Below, one piece after another: positions 37,937 through 49,835 of a stretch of DNA of 64,000 nucleotides. Source of the DNA: Takakia lepidozioides (taxonomy: Eukaryota; Plantae; Bryophyta); contig CM060733.1 in the NCBI GenBank assembly GCA_030704615.1, positions 3,596,001-3,660,000 of the forward strand, in the 5' to 3' direction. Under the pieces are notes generated by a model that had not been told where the DNA came from, searched no databases, and worked only from the letters and a program-made list of their open reading frames with translations. Each line of letters begins with the position of its first letter. The stretch's first letter is position 1. The position numbers were made by a program, and so were the translations under genes.

Positions 37937-40577
37937 TTCTAGCGACGGCCGAAGGTCGGAAGCTAGTTTAGCGTAGAGCATAGTGCCAGGTCATCGTAAA
38001 CACGTCATCGTAGCCAAGTCATCGTAGACACGTCATCGTCGTCGTCAATTTCTTTGGAATCTGCCCGGACGGCCCGCGCGAAAAACCCCAAAGCGCCAAT
38101 TTGTTTTGGAATTGCCCGGATTGCGTGCTCCCACTTTGTTGTGCGTTTCTTGTTTCTTCCTCATGTTTATCAGGTTCGGCGTCTGCTCATCTGTACTGTG
38201 GTGGAGGCGTGGTGGTTCTCACAGAGCGATCCAACAGTATCTGACTACACACACAAGCAGCACACACAAGAGGTCCTTTTGGATTGATGGTCGATATCCT
38301 CCATTGGTCATGACATGAGGTCAAGGACAATGTGGTGAGGGCAGCTTCTTCTTTCTCCTATTTCAGCATGTTTTTCCCTCTCATCAGACTCGGCCCTGAG
38401 ATGCATATTGAATTATGTACTTTAGCTCGTTGGGTGGATCTGTGGTGGTTAGGAGTGACTTTGACAAGCTACTGTCGGTATAGCAGCAGGAAAGTATTCA
38501 AAAACAGATAACATAGGGTAGGAGAAGCACCTTCTTCAACACATTTCACCCTGTTTTCCCCTCTTATCAGAATCGGCCCTACATTTCCATGTTGAATTCT
38601 GCAAGTTGATTGAGTGAACCTTTGGTAGTTTGAAGTGACCTTGACATGATACTGCCAATGACACAGAAAAGTATCCAAAAACTGATAACATAGGGTAAGA
38701 GAAGCACCTTCTTCAACACATTTCACCCTGTTTTCCCCTCTTATCAGAATCGGCCCTACATTTTCATGTTGAATTTTGCAAGTTAGTTGATTGAGTGAAC
38801 CTTTCGTAGTTTGAAGTGACTTTGATATGATACCGCCAATGTGACACATGAAAGTATCCAAAAATAGGTAAACAGAGATGAGGAGAAGCTGTGGGATGAA
38901 TACTTTTCTGACCCCAGCCAATGGTGGGACAAACGAGGCTAAAAGATGAATGCCTGCAGATTATCAGATGTCATTCTGAAGGCTGCACACACAAGCTGCA
39001 CACACAAGAAGTCCTTTAGGGTTGATGTTCGGTCAAATCCTCCATGGGTCATGACACAAGGTCAAGGACAATGTGGTGAGTGCACCTTCTTCTTCAACCT
39101 ATTTCTGCCTATTTTACCCTCTCATCAGACTCGGCCTTGAGATGCATATTGAACTCTGTAAGTTAGCTCGTTGGGTGGATCTGTAGTGGTTAGGAGTGAC
39201 TTTGACAAGTTATTGCTGATGTGGCAGCAGGAAAGTATCCAAAAACAGATAACATGGATGAGGGGAAGGCGCCTTCTTCAACACATTTCACCCTGTTTTT
39301 CCCTCTTATCAGAATCTGCCCTACATTTGGTACAATTCCAGCTCTGAAGATGTCACCATGGATTCTGCAAGTTAGCTGATTGAGTGAACCTTTGGTAGTT
39401 TGGAGTGACTTTGACTTGATACTGCCAATGTGACACAGGAAAGTATCCAAAAACAGGTAAACAGAGATGAGGAGAAGTTGTTGGATGAATACTTTTCTGA
39501 CCCCGGCCAATGGTGGGACAACCAAGGCAAAAAGGTGAATGTCTGTCAAATTACCAGATGTCATTTTGAATGCAAAGCTGGAATTGTACCAAATGTCATT
39601 ATGGACACTGCCCTGGTGGACATGTATGCACGTGCATTGAGGACGCAAAGGGAGTACTTGACAATATGGCTGAATGAAATGTGGTGTCGTGGATATGCCC
39701 AGCGTGGTTGTCATAGGGAGGTCTGCAATTATTTGAAGGAATGCAAAAGAACGACTTGAAGCTTGACAGTATCACCTTCGTACATGTGTTCTCTTTGCAT
39801 GCAGCCACACTGGCCTATTGAAGGAAGACGCTACTTTGATTCCCTGAGTCAAGATCATGGTGTTACTCCGACAGTAAAGCACTTTGGCTGCACGGTGGAC
39901 CTTCTTGGACTTGCGGGACAACTGGATGGGGCAATGGACCTCATTAAGAAATGCCAATCAATATTCCAGATGTTGTGGTGTGAAAGGCCTTGTTAGGTGC
40001 CTGCAGAATCCATGGCAATGTGGAGATGGCTGAACGTGCGGCAACATCTATCATCAAGTGGGATGAACAGGATGCTGTGACTTATGTGCTGCTATCAAAC
40101 AGCCATGCCGCAGCTGGCAGGTAGGGCGATAGTGCAAAAGGTGAAAAAAATGATGAAGGTTAGAGGGGTTAGAAATGAGTCAGGTCGCTGCTGCATTAAG
40201 GTTGGCAACAGGGTGCACACCTTCGTTGTAGATGACAAGTTGCATGAGAAGTTTGTCTGGGGCAGATGAAGGAGGCGGGATATGTTCCTGACACGCGCTT
40301 TGTATTGCATGATGTGGGGGAGGAGGAAAAAGAATTTTCTCTTTGCCACCATAGTGAGAAGCTGGCCATTGGTTTTGGGCTGATCAGCACGACCCCTAGG
40401 ACGCCTCTCCCTCTCATCAAGAATCTTCAAGTGTGTGGTGACTGCCACACCTCCACCAAAGTCATCTCAAAGATTGTGGGCCGAGCAATTGTTGTACGGG
40501 ATTTCCTGAGAGTATTGACCATCATGTATTGTTGAGTGCATTTCCTATGGCATATCCACAGGAAATGATAGTGGGGT
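37937..40577 (+). mobile_element. Helentron/DINE-like element, unit 4 (interrupted at 40577), with PDF/PPR/DYW fragments
   Basis: 5' terminus at 37937; EEKLLDEYFSDPGQWWDN; [22 protein letters not shown]...CGDCH. The shared 3' sequence breaks off at GATAGTGGGGT. Confidence 0.75.
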
Positions 40578-40587
40578 GTGAGAGCGT

Positions 40588-41076
40588 TGTCAAGTTATTT
40601 TACCACTAGTGTGAAACTAGCTAGGAAATAGCTAGCTTTTACATATTGACATTTGGGATTGGCCCAAGTGTCAATCCAGGGGTCAAGGCAGATTTAGGCC
40701 CTGGAGTGGTTATCTTCACGGCAAGCGCGGGAGGCTCATCTTTCTCGAGTGATAAAGAAGAAGAATACAAGCACAAGCTCATGCGAGCTCACAAAGCTGA
40801 AGCATAAACTCATGCATATATAACCTCATCACTCAAATATAAGTCAAGCCAAGTGCACCCCACGCCATGGGGAATCCACACTACGGCGCCATAGCTAGGC
40901 GCGGTGAGGCTCAACTCGAGAAAGATGAGCCTCCTGCGCTTGCCGTGAAGATAACCACTCCAGGGCCTAAATCTGCCTTGACCCCTGGATTGACACTTGG
41001 GCCAATCCCAAATGTCAATATGTAAAAGCTAGCTATTTCCTAGCTAGTTTCACACTAGTGGTAAAATAACTTGACA
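40588..41076. repeat. Near-perfect TG...CA-bounded inverted repeat (163 bp arms 40588-40750 / 40914-41076)
   Basis: The arms are reverse complements with one visible mismatch; about 163 bp spacer. Confidence 0.92.
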
Positions 41077-42293
41077 GTGTCTCTCATGCTCCTCCATCGT
41101 AACACTAAAGATGATGATGCCATCTATGTAGCACCGAGCAAAGTCCACCTCTGCTAGAATCCTATCCATGACTCTCTGAAACTCTGCAGGAGCATTCTTA
41201 AGCCCAAATGGTAAGAACCGCCACTGATATAGGCAATCCTTGCCGTGCTCATTGATCCCCCAAAATGTCGTCTTCTGCTTGTCCGCCTCCTTGATTGGCA
41301 ACTGGTGATATCTGGATCGTAAATCCAAAGTGCTAAAGACCTTAGCATGCCCGATGGTATCAAAGATCTCCTCTGGTGTTGGCATGGCATACTTATCGGA
41401 CTTGGTCTGACGATTTACAGGCCGGTAATCACCGCACATACGTCTCTCCGTCCAATTGCCATAGACATCCTTCTTGGCTGGCATCACTGTGGCTGAAGCA
41501 TACTCTTCACCAGAGAGCTCTACCAAACCTGCCTCCCAGAGATCTTGAGTCCTCATCTGAATCAAAGACCTCTCCATGTTACTGTATCTATAGGTCTCCG
41601 AAAGATTGGCGTGTCAGTGGCCAAATCAATACGGATCTCTTGACCCTTCAGTGCTCCCAAGTCCTTCAAACTGAAGGCAAAGCAATTCCTGTAAGCCCTC
41701 AGGAACCGCCGTATACGTCGTCTCTCTCCTCCGGTGACAATGGGTCCAATGTTAGGCTCCCAATTGTCCTCCGTAACTGCAACCTTAAGTCCAGTGGGCT
41801 TAGAGGTAGAGGACGTGTCCAGTGGTTGCTATGTTGCAACCTCTTGAGCAGTACTCCTTACCTGCTCAGTCAGTGACAAAGCCTCATCCTGCCCCATCAT
41901 CTCATCCTCAAGGACTTCCTCCACCCGAGAAAAATCCCCAACCTCATCTTTCATCGCCACCTTGGCTGCCAACTCCCTCTGAACCTCGAGCACCTCCCAC
42001 GTGTGCCATGGATGCCTGCACCCCGTGGTCCTCACATGCTTGCCCCCACTCACTGCCTGTACCGTCTCGGTAGGCAGAGAGACCATCGAGGGAAGTGTAC
42101 TCCGCACTCTGCGTTGCTTAGCCATAGCCAAGCTGATAATCCAAGTCAAGCAATTGAGATCCATTGCTTGCCCCAACACTTGACGACGTGATGCCTCAGA
42201 AAGAGACGACACCGCCGTGGTACCAGTGGTAAAACCTATTGCCCGTTCACGCTCGTCAGCATTAGGCTCCACTAACTGCTGCAACTGAGCATC
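41077..42293 (-). pseudogene. MTase C-terminus (motifs IX-X) and RT N-half
   Basis: ERERAIGF...RRQVLGQAM continues in frame past the stop. RT: RRMCGDYRPVN, FSTLDLRSRYHQ, PFGLKNAPAEFQR, CYIDG (YIDD mutated). Confidence 0.88.
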
Positions 42294-45200
42294 CTACAGG
42301 AGGCCAGGTCCACTATCCCGGAAAGCATGCGATCCTGGGAAGCTGAGCAGTGTAGGTAATGCTGCTCGTGGTTGACCCACCTTGTTGACCACTGCCAAAG
42401 GCGAACGGTCATCGTGTCTCACACGCTGAGACTGCCTCCCTGTGTCCAGAATGTTATCCATTGTGAGATGTGCTGGCCGCTGCACCCCATCGAATGCACG
42501 CTTGAGCAATGCGGGTGGCATCAAGTTAGTCCACCATAGCCGTGGACGATGAGCCCGTGACCCCACTGTAGCTGCATCTAGCAACACTGCTGACCCAAGC
42601 CACAACCGGACTTGATGCACACTGGCCATCACCCTGGCCCGAGAATCGCCCATCAGTGGCACATTCTCCAAGATATATGCTGGAGATACAGCTTGATGAA
42701 GCTGCAAGTGGCGCAAAACCCGCACCATCTCCCAAAACAGACCTGACCTCGAGTCTCGCAATCCATTGCCATGCCCAGCTGATGAATGCCTTTGGCAAGG
42801 CCAACCTGCCACTACCAGATAAATGGAGCCAACCCGCTCCAAATCCTGCGCCTCCAGCAACGAAATGTCTGCTGGCAAGGCCTGCTGATATCCACAAATT
42901 GCAGACACCGACAACAACTCAGGGTACCGCTGCACCAACTGAGCAACATGATGAAGTGAAACGCGTCGTGCAGTCTCATTCTTCTCCACATACAGGTAAC
43001 ACCGAACTTGTACACCTGCCTGTAACACAGCAGCCAATCCGGTGTTGATCCCGCTAAACAAGTCCAGAAGACAAATGCCTTCATCCGGATACTGCCACAC
43101 AGGTATGGTGTCCAATGGAGACAACTGAGGTGGTCCTGGTGCAATCCCCGCACTCTCCTCCTCTCCTGACGGTACAAAAGCCTCCACCCAGGCTTGTTGC
43201 ACCCGTCGATCAGCATCCCGCTGCAAATCCTTGCTCGTGCCCCACAATGGAGTCTGAGCAACCATGGTAGGCAACTCCGCCATACCATACATGTCATCCT
43301 GCTCTCCTGGAGGTGGCACATCCTCTGAATGAGCGTTGCCCTCAAGCAACTCTCTAGGCCAACTCACTGCCGCTGTGAATGCTGCTAGTGTCGGCATCTT
43401 GCCTCGCTGGGCAACCGCAACTCCTCCTATGAACATCACAGGGAGCTGCACATGTCGGCCCTCCCCTGACTGCCATGCAGGCCTATAGGAAGCTGACTCC
43501 TCCCAAAAATCCAGGGTGAAGCCCATGGGGTACAACACTGCCCCACCAACCAGGTCATCGTATGAGACCGTGTCTGTCACAATGGCCTTGGCTCGCATCA
43601 CTGAGCCATGTGTAGGGTGATCCGGCCGTAGTCTGATAGCCAACTCACGCCGTATCATGCCCCGAGCCTGCTCTGATCCTCCCAGAGACGTCTGTATCTG
43701 GAAAGGACAAGGCTCCATATCCACCTCCGTGAGGCCCAAGCCTGCAATAGCAGCTCTGCCCAACATCAATGGCTGAGCTCCCGAGTCCAACAAGACCCGC
43801 AGTGGCCGGCACCTCTTGCCTGCCGGTCCACTCAAACAGAAAATGCCATCCTGGTTGTCTAACATGACAACTCCAGGTGTCACCATGGCGCGCTCAATGG
43901 CTGGCCTAGCTGGCAGCTCCATCAACCTGGCAGCTGCAGCTTGCCATGGCGCCGCCGTTGCAGTCTTGACCCTCAAATCCGAGGATCCCTCCGGCACTAC
44001 ACCTCCCACTATCTTCACAGAAGATGAAGTAACCTCCCCACTCTCACAGAGTGTAGCTGCCAGCCTGAACACCTCAGCTGGTCTTACCCCCGGCGTCGCA
44101 ATCATGGTAGCCGAGAACAATGGAGCCTGGCACACAGATGTGGCCGCTTCTAGCAGCACACTAGCTGCCGTAGCCTTGGCAACACTAGGTAGTGGTGCTA
44201 CCCGTGTAGCTCTCCCCAATGGCATAGTAACCTCCGCCTCAGTAACAGTCGGGCGAGAACTAGGTGCCATGGATGGCGTCGACACTATCTCCGCCAATGT
44301 GAATGACTGAGGAAGCCTAGCCTGACGGCTTGCTTCCCCACGCTGTGGATCCAACTCCACCTCTGCACCTCGTGGCTCAAGAACTCGTGCTGCTCCTCGA
44401 GTCACGGCTGCAGCAGACTCCACCTGCACTAGTGGTAATGCTGCTCCACACATGAATCCCATGCCTCCCATATCTCCTCCCTCAGGAGCAGGAGGTGGAC
44501 CATCCGGCCTTAGAGCCGGTACCACTTGAGCTGTAGTCATGGCAGCGAGCCTCTGCTCTAGCTGCTGAAGCCGGTTGGTCATGCCTTGGTCAACACCCTG
44601 ACCTCTGCGTCCTTGGCCATGTTGAGCTTGCCCTTGGCCTGCACCTCGTGGCTGGCCACCTCGTCCTCTTTGGGCAGCTCCACCTAGCCCCCGGCCACCA
44701 TTGTTCCCTTGGAACTGGTGTGGGCGCAACTCAGGATGCAAACCATAACACTGGGCCTCTCCATGCCCGTGCTTGCCACAATGCCCACACTGCAACTGTG
44801 CATGTTGTGCATGTGCCGGCCCTTTGCCTCGGCAATCCTTCTTGACATGGGGTCCTCCACATGCCCAGCACACCACATCCGCCCGTTGTTGGCCAGCAAA
44901 TGAAGGGAGAGACCCCTGCATCTGAGGTCCTCTCTGCCCTTCCCTGAGCTTCACCTGAGCCCCCTTATTGCCTTGAGCACGTTGAGGTAGTGATTGGCTA
45001 GGAGCACCACTACCCCGTGGTGTCTCCTTAGCAAATCCCACCATGACCACTCGTTCCTCCACCATGTTGAGCTCTATCCGCTCTGCCAGCAAAAACACAT
45101 ACTCTTGCAAGCTCCGCAACTTCTCTGTCCTCACCCCTTGGTAGTTCCCTCTCAACTCTTCGAAGAACTCCACAACAAGGTTGAAGGCAGGCACGGGTAC

Positions 45201-45818
45201 TAGTGTTGGTGCGGTAGTAGCTTGGGTGGACGTCGTAGCTACTGTACCACCAGTCCCACTAGTCCCACTGCTACTTGCTGAAGCTGCCGGTGCAGCGGCA
45301 GGTGTAGCCACTGCCCTCGTGGCTCTAGTGCCCCTAGTGATGGAGACATAGTCGGGTGACCAGTACATCCTCCACTCCTCAATCTCAACCTCATGCCCCC
45401 GCCTGAACTCATGGTAATCATCCATAGGCGGCCCCTCAAGGTGCTGAAACGGCCCCTTCCATGCCATGAAAGGCGTAAATAGTTGTGGATTACTCATTTG
45501 CTGCAAATCACACCAACTATCAAACTCTTGGATAAAATCATCCAACTTGATGGTGCCCACCGCCCCAGAGTACCTTCGTGGCCCCTTGGTAGCTCCATAC
45601 ATATCTTCCATTGTGTCCCACAACAATGGCAAAGAAACAACTTGCACCGCCGGTATGAGTCCTCCTGATTCACAATCCGAATCAGAACCTTCCGTAGAAA
45701 ACACAGGAGGTGAAGGTGGCCTAAACCGCACACCTCGTCTCGTGTACCCACTAGTATCGCTAGTGCTCGAACCGGCATTGTCCCCAGCAACTAGTGGCAC
45801 CTCCGTGTTGACACTCAA
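42294..45818 (-). CDS. Gag (two CCHC knuckles), aspartic protease and C5 cytosine methyltransferase polyprotein (premature stop at 42294)
   Basis: CWACGGPHVKKDC and CGHCGKHGHGEAQC; VLLDSGAQ; MTase motifs I LDLFSG, II YVEK, IV AGWPCQ, SGLFWE, VI YILENV, VIII AHRPRLWWTN. Confidence 0.92.
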   Translation of the reverse strand: MSVNTEVPLVAGDNAGSSTSDTSGYTRRGVRFRPPSPPVFSTEGSDSDCESGGLIPAVQVVSLPLLWDTMEDMYGATKGPRRYSGAVGTIKLDDFIQEFDSWCDLQQMSNPQLFTPFMAWKGPFQHLEGPPMDDYHEFRRGHEVEIEEWRMYWSPDYVSITRGTRATRAVATPAAAPAASASSSGTSGTGGTVATTSTQATTAPTLVPVPAFNLVVEFFEELRGNYQGVRTEKLRSLQEYVFLLAERIELNMVEERVVMVGFAKETPRGSGAPSQSLPQRAQGNKGAQVKLREGQRGPQMQGSLPSFAGQQRADVVCWACGGPHVKKDCRGKGPAHAQHAQLQCGHCGKHGHGEAQCYGLHPELRPHQFQGNNGGRGLGGAAQRGRGGQPRGAGQGQAQHGQGRRGQGVDQGMTNRLQQLEQRLAAMTTAQVVPALRPDGPPPAPEGGDMGGMGFMCGAALPLVQVESAAAVTRGAARVLEPRGAEVELDPQRGEASRQARLPQSFTLAEIVSTPSMAPSSRPTVTEAEVTMPLGRATRVAPLPSVAKATAASVLLEAATSVCQAPLFSATMIATPGVRPAEVFRLAATLCESGEVTSSSVKIVGGVVPEGSSDLRVKTATAAPWQAAAARLMELPARPAIERAMVTPGVVMLDNQDGIFCLSGPAGKRCRPLRVLLDSGAQPLMLGRAAIAGLGLTEVDMEPCPFQIQTSLGGSEQARGMIRRELAIRLRPDHPTHGSVMRAKAIVTDTVSYDDLVGGAVLYPMGFTLDFWEESASYRPAWQSGEGRHVQLPVMFIGGVAVAQRGKMPTLAAFTAAVSWPRELLEGNAHSEDVPPPGEQDDMYGMAELPTMVAQTPLWGTSKDLQRDADRRVQQAWVEAFVPSGEEESAGIAPGPPQLSPLDTIPVWQYPDEGICLLDLFSGINTGLAAVLQAGVQVRCYLYVEKNETARRVSLHHVAQLVQRYPELLSVSAICGYQQALPADISLLEAQDLERVGSIYLVVAGWPCQRHSSAGHGNGLRDSRSGLFWEMVRVLRHLQLHQAVSPAYILENVPLMGDSRARVMASVHQVRLWLGSAVLLDAATVGSRAHRPRLWWTNLMPPALLKRAFDGVQRPAHLTMDNILDTGRQSQRVRHDDRSPLAVVNKVGQPRAALPTLLSFPGSHAFRDSGPGLL

Positions 45819-46489
45819 CCGGTCATGAACATGTCCTTAACCCCCTCTCCACAAGGTAACCGGGTAGAGAACCTGTTGCGGCTTATGGTTTGGAATACTA
45901 AGTTCCTAACATAGCCTACACCTGTACCTGCATCCACCGTAAGCACTCCTATGGTTGGCTGGTCATCACCTCCAACCTCACCACAGGAGAAACAATGATG
46001 GTCTGGCTGGTCATCACCCCAGCCTCACCATCGACAGCATGCTCTAGGATTGGCCGGTGATCAAATCCGGACCGATCACCTATAAAAACAAGCGCCCACA
46101 CAAAACTAGCATGGCGCATAGTCAAGCATGCAGGTATACAGGGGATCCAAACACAAGAAATCAGAATGACAACTCCCCCACACCAAAAACAACTCCACGG
46201 TGTTGCTCCTGCAATGACACCCCAGCCCAAACCCGGACTGACTCTTGCCTCCACCTACGGAAAGGTCTTGGCCTAATGAGAGGGTGGAAACTACGAGGAA
46301 GAGTTGCTAAAGCAATGCCTAACCCCAGCATGCCCTCATCCCAACACTCTTCCTCTCCTCTCTTCCCTCACTTGCATGACCATGGGAATATCATGAAGAT
46401 ACTCCTCAAACCGCCCTCCTCTAGCTTCAAAATTCGGCCTTCAAGACCACATGCCAATCCTTAGGCAGTCCACCAGTGCCTCCACGAGT

Positions 46490-47147
46490 CAGCACAGGCC
46501 GTCCACAGGTCAACACGGGCCACCACAGACCAGCACAGGCCCACATAGCTCACTGGTCACAGCCGTCACAGCCCCGCACAGGCCACAGCCCTACACAGGT
46601 CACAGGGTCACAGGGTCACAGCCCCACTGGCCGCAGTCTGTCACAACCCGTCACAGCCCCAAAGGCCACAGCCTATCACAGCCCCTCACAGCCCCTCACA
46701 GCCCCTCACAGCCATAGGCCACATGGCACAGCCTCTCACAGCCCTACACAGGTCGCAGGGGTCACAGCCCCAAAGGCCACAGCCCCTCACAGCCGTCACA
46801 GCCCCACATGCCACATGGCACAGCGTGTCACAGCCCTATACAGGTCACAGGGGTCACAGCCCCAAAGGCCACAGCCTGTCACAGCCCCTCACAGCCCCTC
46901 ACAGCCCCACAGGCCATAGGGCACAGCCTGTCACAGCCCCTCATAGCCCCACAGGCCACAGGGCACAGCCTGTCACAGCCCCTCACAGCCCCACATGCCA
47001 CTGGGCTTAGCATATCACAGCCCGCCACAGCCTGTCACAGCCCCTCACAGCCCCTCACAGCCCTGTGGCCTGTGGGGCTGTGACGGGCTGTGACGGGCTG
47101 TGAGGGGCTGTGATAGGCTATGCCCTGTGGCCTGTGGGGCTGTGACG
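46490..47147. repeat. CACAGCCCC(T)-based minisatellite in the retroelement 5' region, switching strand at about 47065
   Basis: Degenerate 9-10 bp units; (TCACAGCCCC)n turns into (GGGGCTGTGA)n. Confidence 0.9.
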
Positions 47148-49387
47148 GGAGCATGAGAGATACCTTCAGGTGGTACTGGAGTGCTTGAGAGCGCACGGAT
47201 TGAAGTTGCATCCGGGGAAGTGCAAGTTTTTCCACAACCAGATTGAGTATCTGGGTCACATGATATATCATGGAGGATTGGGGGTACAGCAGACTAAGGT
47301 AGAAGCCATTGCACAAATTCCACGCCCCACGGATGTGAGCCGAGTTCGAGCTTTCATGGGGTTGGCAAACTATTATAGACGGTTTGTCAAGGGATTTAGT
47401 ACCATTGCAAAGGCTCTAACCAAGCTGACCAAGGTGGACCAGGAGTGGCAGTGGGAAGATGAGCAGGAACGAGCTTTTCAAGAGCTCAAGGCGAGGTTGA
47501 CCTCGGCGCCTATCCTAAGACGACCTATCAGGGGGCGTCCCTTTCAGCTGCATACGGATTGGAGCATGCTGGGGCTTGGAGCGGTGCTCACACAGGTGGA
47601 TGATGAGGGAAGAGAGTTCGTCGTGGCTTATGCTAGCCACTCGAACAACGCTGTAGAGGCTAAGTACAGCTCATATGAGGGAGAGTGCTTAGCTGCAGTG
47701 TGGGCCGTGGCATACTTCAGGTGCTATCTATACAAAAATCTTTTCACCCTTGTCACGGATCACCAACCACTCAAGTGGTTGATGGAGTCAGACAAGTTTA
47801 CGGTGAGACGGAGGAGATGGTGCCGGGATGGCACGCTTCTGCATTTTTGTGTATCTTGGCATCGGGAGGTCAGGTTGGACCTACAATAGGGATGACTGTA
47901 GACGGAATGTTTGAGGACCCTGAGACTAGTGATGAGCCAGGTGGTGCCAGAGATATACATGAGGATTCGCCTGTGTTGGACTACCTCCGCACGGGAGACA
48001 CGGCGGCCACTGTGACTGCCAGGAAGAGGGATCAGATCCTGCAACGAGCCAAGAGGTTCAAGTGGGAGGGGATACACCTACTTAGGATGGTCGGGTGAGG
48101 ATTGTGCCTCACCCCACACAGCGTGCACGGTTAGTGCGGCATGCCCATGAGGAGTTGGGGCATTTTGGAGTGTGACGCACTCACAGTTTACTGCAAGGGC
48201 AGTATTGGTGGCGTGGTATGCATACAGAGGTGCAACAGTTCGTGGCTAGGTGCATGGTGTGTGACAGGGTGCGTGCTTCATTCAACACCCCTATACCACA
48301 GTTGCATCCTTTACCAATCATGGGATTGGGCTACAGGTGGAGTCTTGACTTTGCAGGACCGTTGCCACTGACTATGCGCCACCACAGATATGTGTTGGTG
48401 ATGGTGGAGCACTTCTCCAAGTGGATTGAGTTGGTTCTATTGCCTGACAAGGCTAGTGAGGGGGCTGCGTATGCATTCTTGGATCGTGTGCTTAGTCGAT
48501 TTGGTGCTCCAGCTGAGGTACTCACGGACCAAGGGAGAGAGTTCTTGGGGGAGTTTCAGGCTTTGTGTGATGAAGCCTTGATAGACCACAACACCACTTC
48601 TCGGGATCATCCTGAGGCCGATGGCTTAGCAGAAAGAGTTGTTCAGACGGTGAAGAGGGGTTTGCGCAAGTATGGCTTGCAGAAGGGACATCTAGTAGAT
48701 TGGGATCTTCAGGTTCCTTGGTTAGCCATGGGCTACAGGTTCAGCAAACAAGCATCACTTGCCTCCTTCTCACCATATTTCCTTCTCTTTGGCCGAGAGC
48801 CGGATTTGCCTGCAACCATTCGTAGGGACACTGCTCAAGTCCTTAACCTTGACGATCCGGACGTATAGGTACGTGTATGTGATCAGCGTGCAAAGTTGTT
48901 CAAGAAAATCATGCCCATGGCTTTTGAGAACCCTGCCATTGCACAGCACCGTGATACGTTGAGGTATGCCACTATACGTGGTAGAGGATATCGTCCTGGG
49001 GTTCGGAGGTTTAGCCCTGGTGACTATGTTTATTTGCAGCAGACTGCTCCTACGACTCTGGATGTTACTGCAGGGCGTGTTATTCTGAGGGTTTGAGAGG
49101 TGTTGCCCTCAGGGGTCCTGATCTTGGAGGGTCGGGCTGGCATGACTTGGAAGGACCATGTGTGTAATTGTGCGCCATGTCACCTTCCCAATGTCGATGG
49201 CAGAGTTGACCCAAACTTGACAGTGGTACCTGCAGGTTTGAGGTGCATGCTCTGTGGGTCTACCAAAGGGGCAGCCACCATGCTGGTGTGTGATCGATGC
49301 TCAAGGGGTTGGCATATGGGATGCTTGACACCACCTCTTGAGAAGGTTCCTGAGGGAGATTGGTTGTGTCTACACTGCTTGGGATAG
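47148..49387 (+). pseudogene. RT C-half, RNaseH, integrase and PHD finger
   Basis: GLKLHPGKC...IEYLGH; LHTDWS...GECLA...VTDHQPL; HEELGH...CMVC; WSLDFAGP, LTDQGREF, DGLAER; CMLCGS...MLVCDRCSRGWHMGCLTPPLEKVPEGDWLCLHC*. Confidence 0.92.
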
Positions 49388-49835
49388 TGGCAGTGGACAT
49401 GACTGGAGGCAGCTAACAAGACATGGGAGGCCAAGCTCATAGGAGTCAATACATGAGATCCCAAGCTCAAGTTCACAGGTTGCAAGACGGCGACTAACGA
49501 TGGGGCAACTCTTGCACCCGGCCTCTTGATCTATCGAGTTTGAGTGTAGTAGGGATAGTGGTGGAGGACTTAGTGAGGCTATGGTCACTATCACATCTTG
49601 TGGCTACCTGGACTTAGAGGGACCTAAGCACCAGCTAGGGGGGCGATTGTGTGGACTAGTGACTGCCATAGTGGGCAGCATAGTGGCAGCCTAGTGACTG
49701 ACTAGTTGTAGCCTAGTGGTTGGATTAGTGGCTGGACTAGTGGTGGACTAGTGGTATACTAGTGTGTGGTGTGCACATGTGTTGTGTGGTTTTGGACAGC
49801 GATGTAGTTGTGTAGCGATATATATGCGCACGACA

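Larger units (their letters stand above)
41077..49835. mobile_element. Ty3/gypsy retrotransposon GAG-PR-DNMT-RT-RH-INT-PHD with its 5' half inverted
   Basis: Minus strand carries gag, PR, MTase and the RT N-half. Plus strand carries the RT C-half, RH, INT and PHD, then a G-run PPT and TGTG at 49648. Confidence 0.92.

Noticed and set aside
22005-37970. Recurring palindromic junction as CRISPR repeats or integron attC-like sites
   Set aside because: Spacing is 5-11 kb, the context is eukaryotic, and there is no cas or integrase gene. Transposon termini explain it.
40604-41060. CACTAGTG in the fold-back as CACTA termini
   Set aside because: The motif is internal to the arms and has no 3 bp TSD.
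42140-43076. Methyltransferase as bacterial contamination, restriction-modification gene or DIRS element
   Set aside because: It is in frame with gag and protease, has DNMT3-like motifs, and the element has a DDE integrase with no tyrosine recombinase.
46451-47083. Pro/Thr/Ser/His-rich ORFs
   Set aside because: They are translations of the minisatellite, open in several frames.
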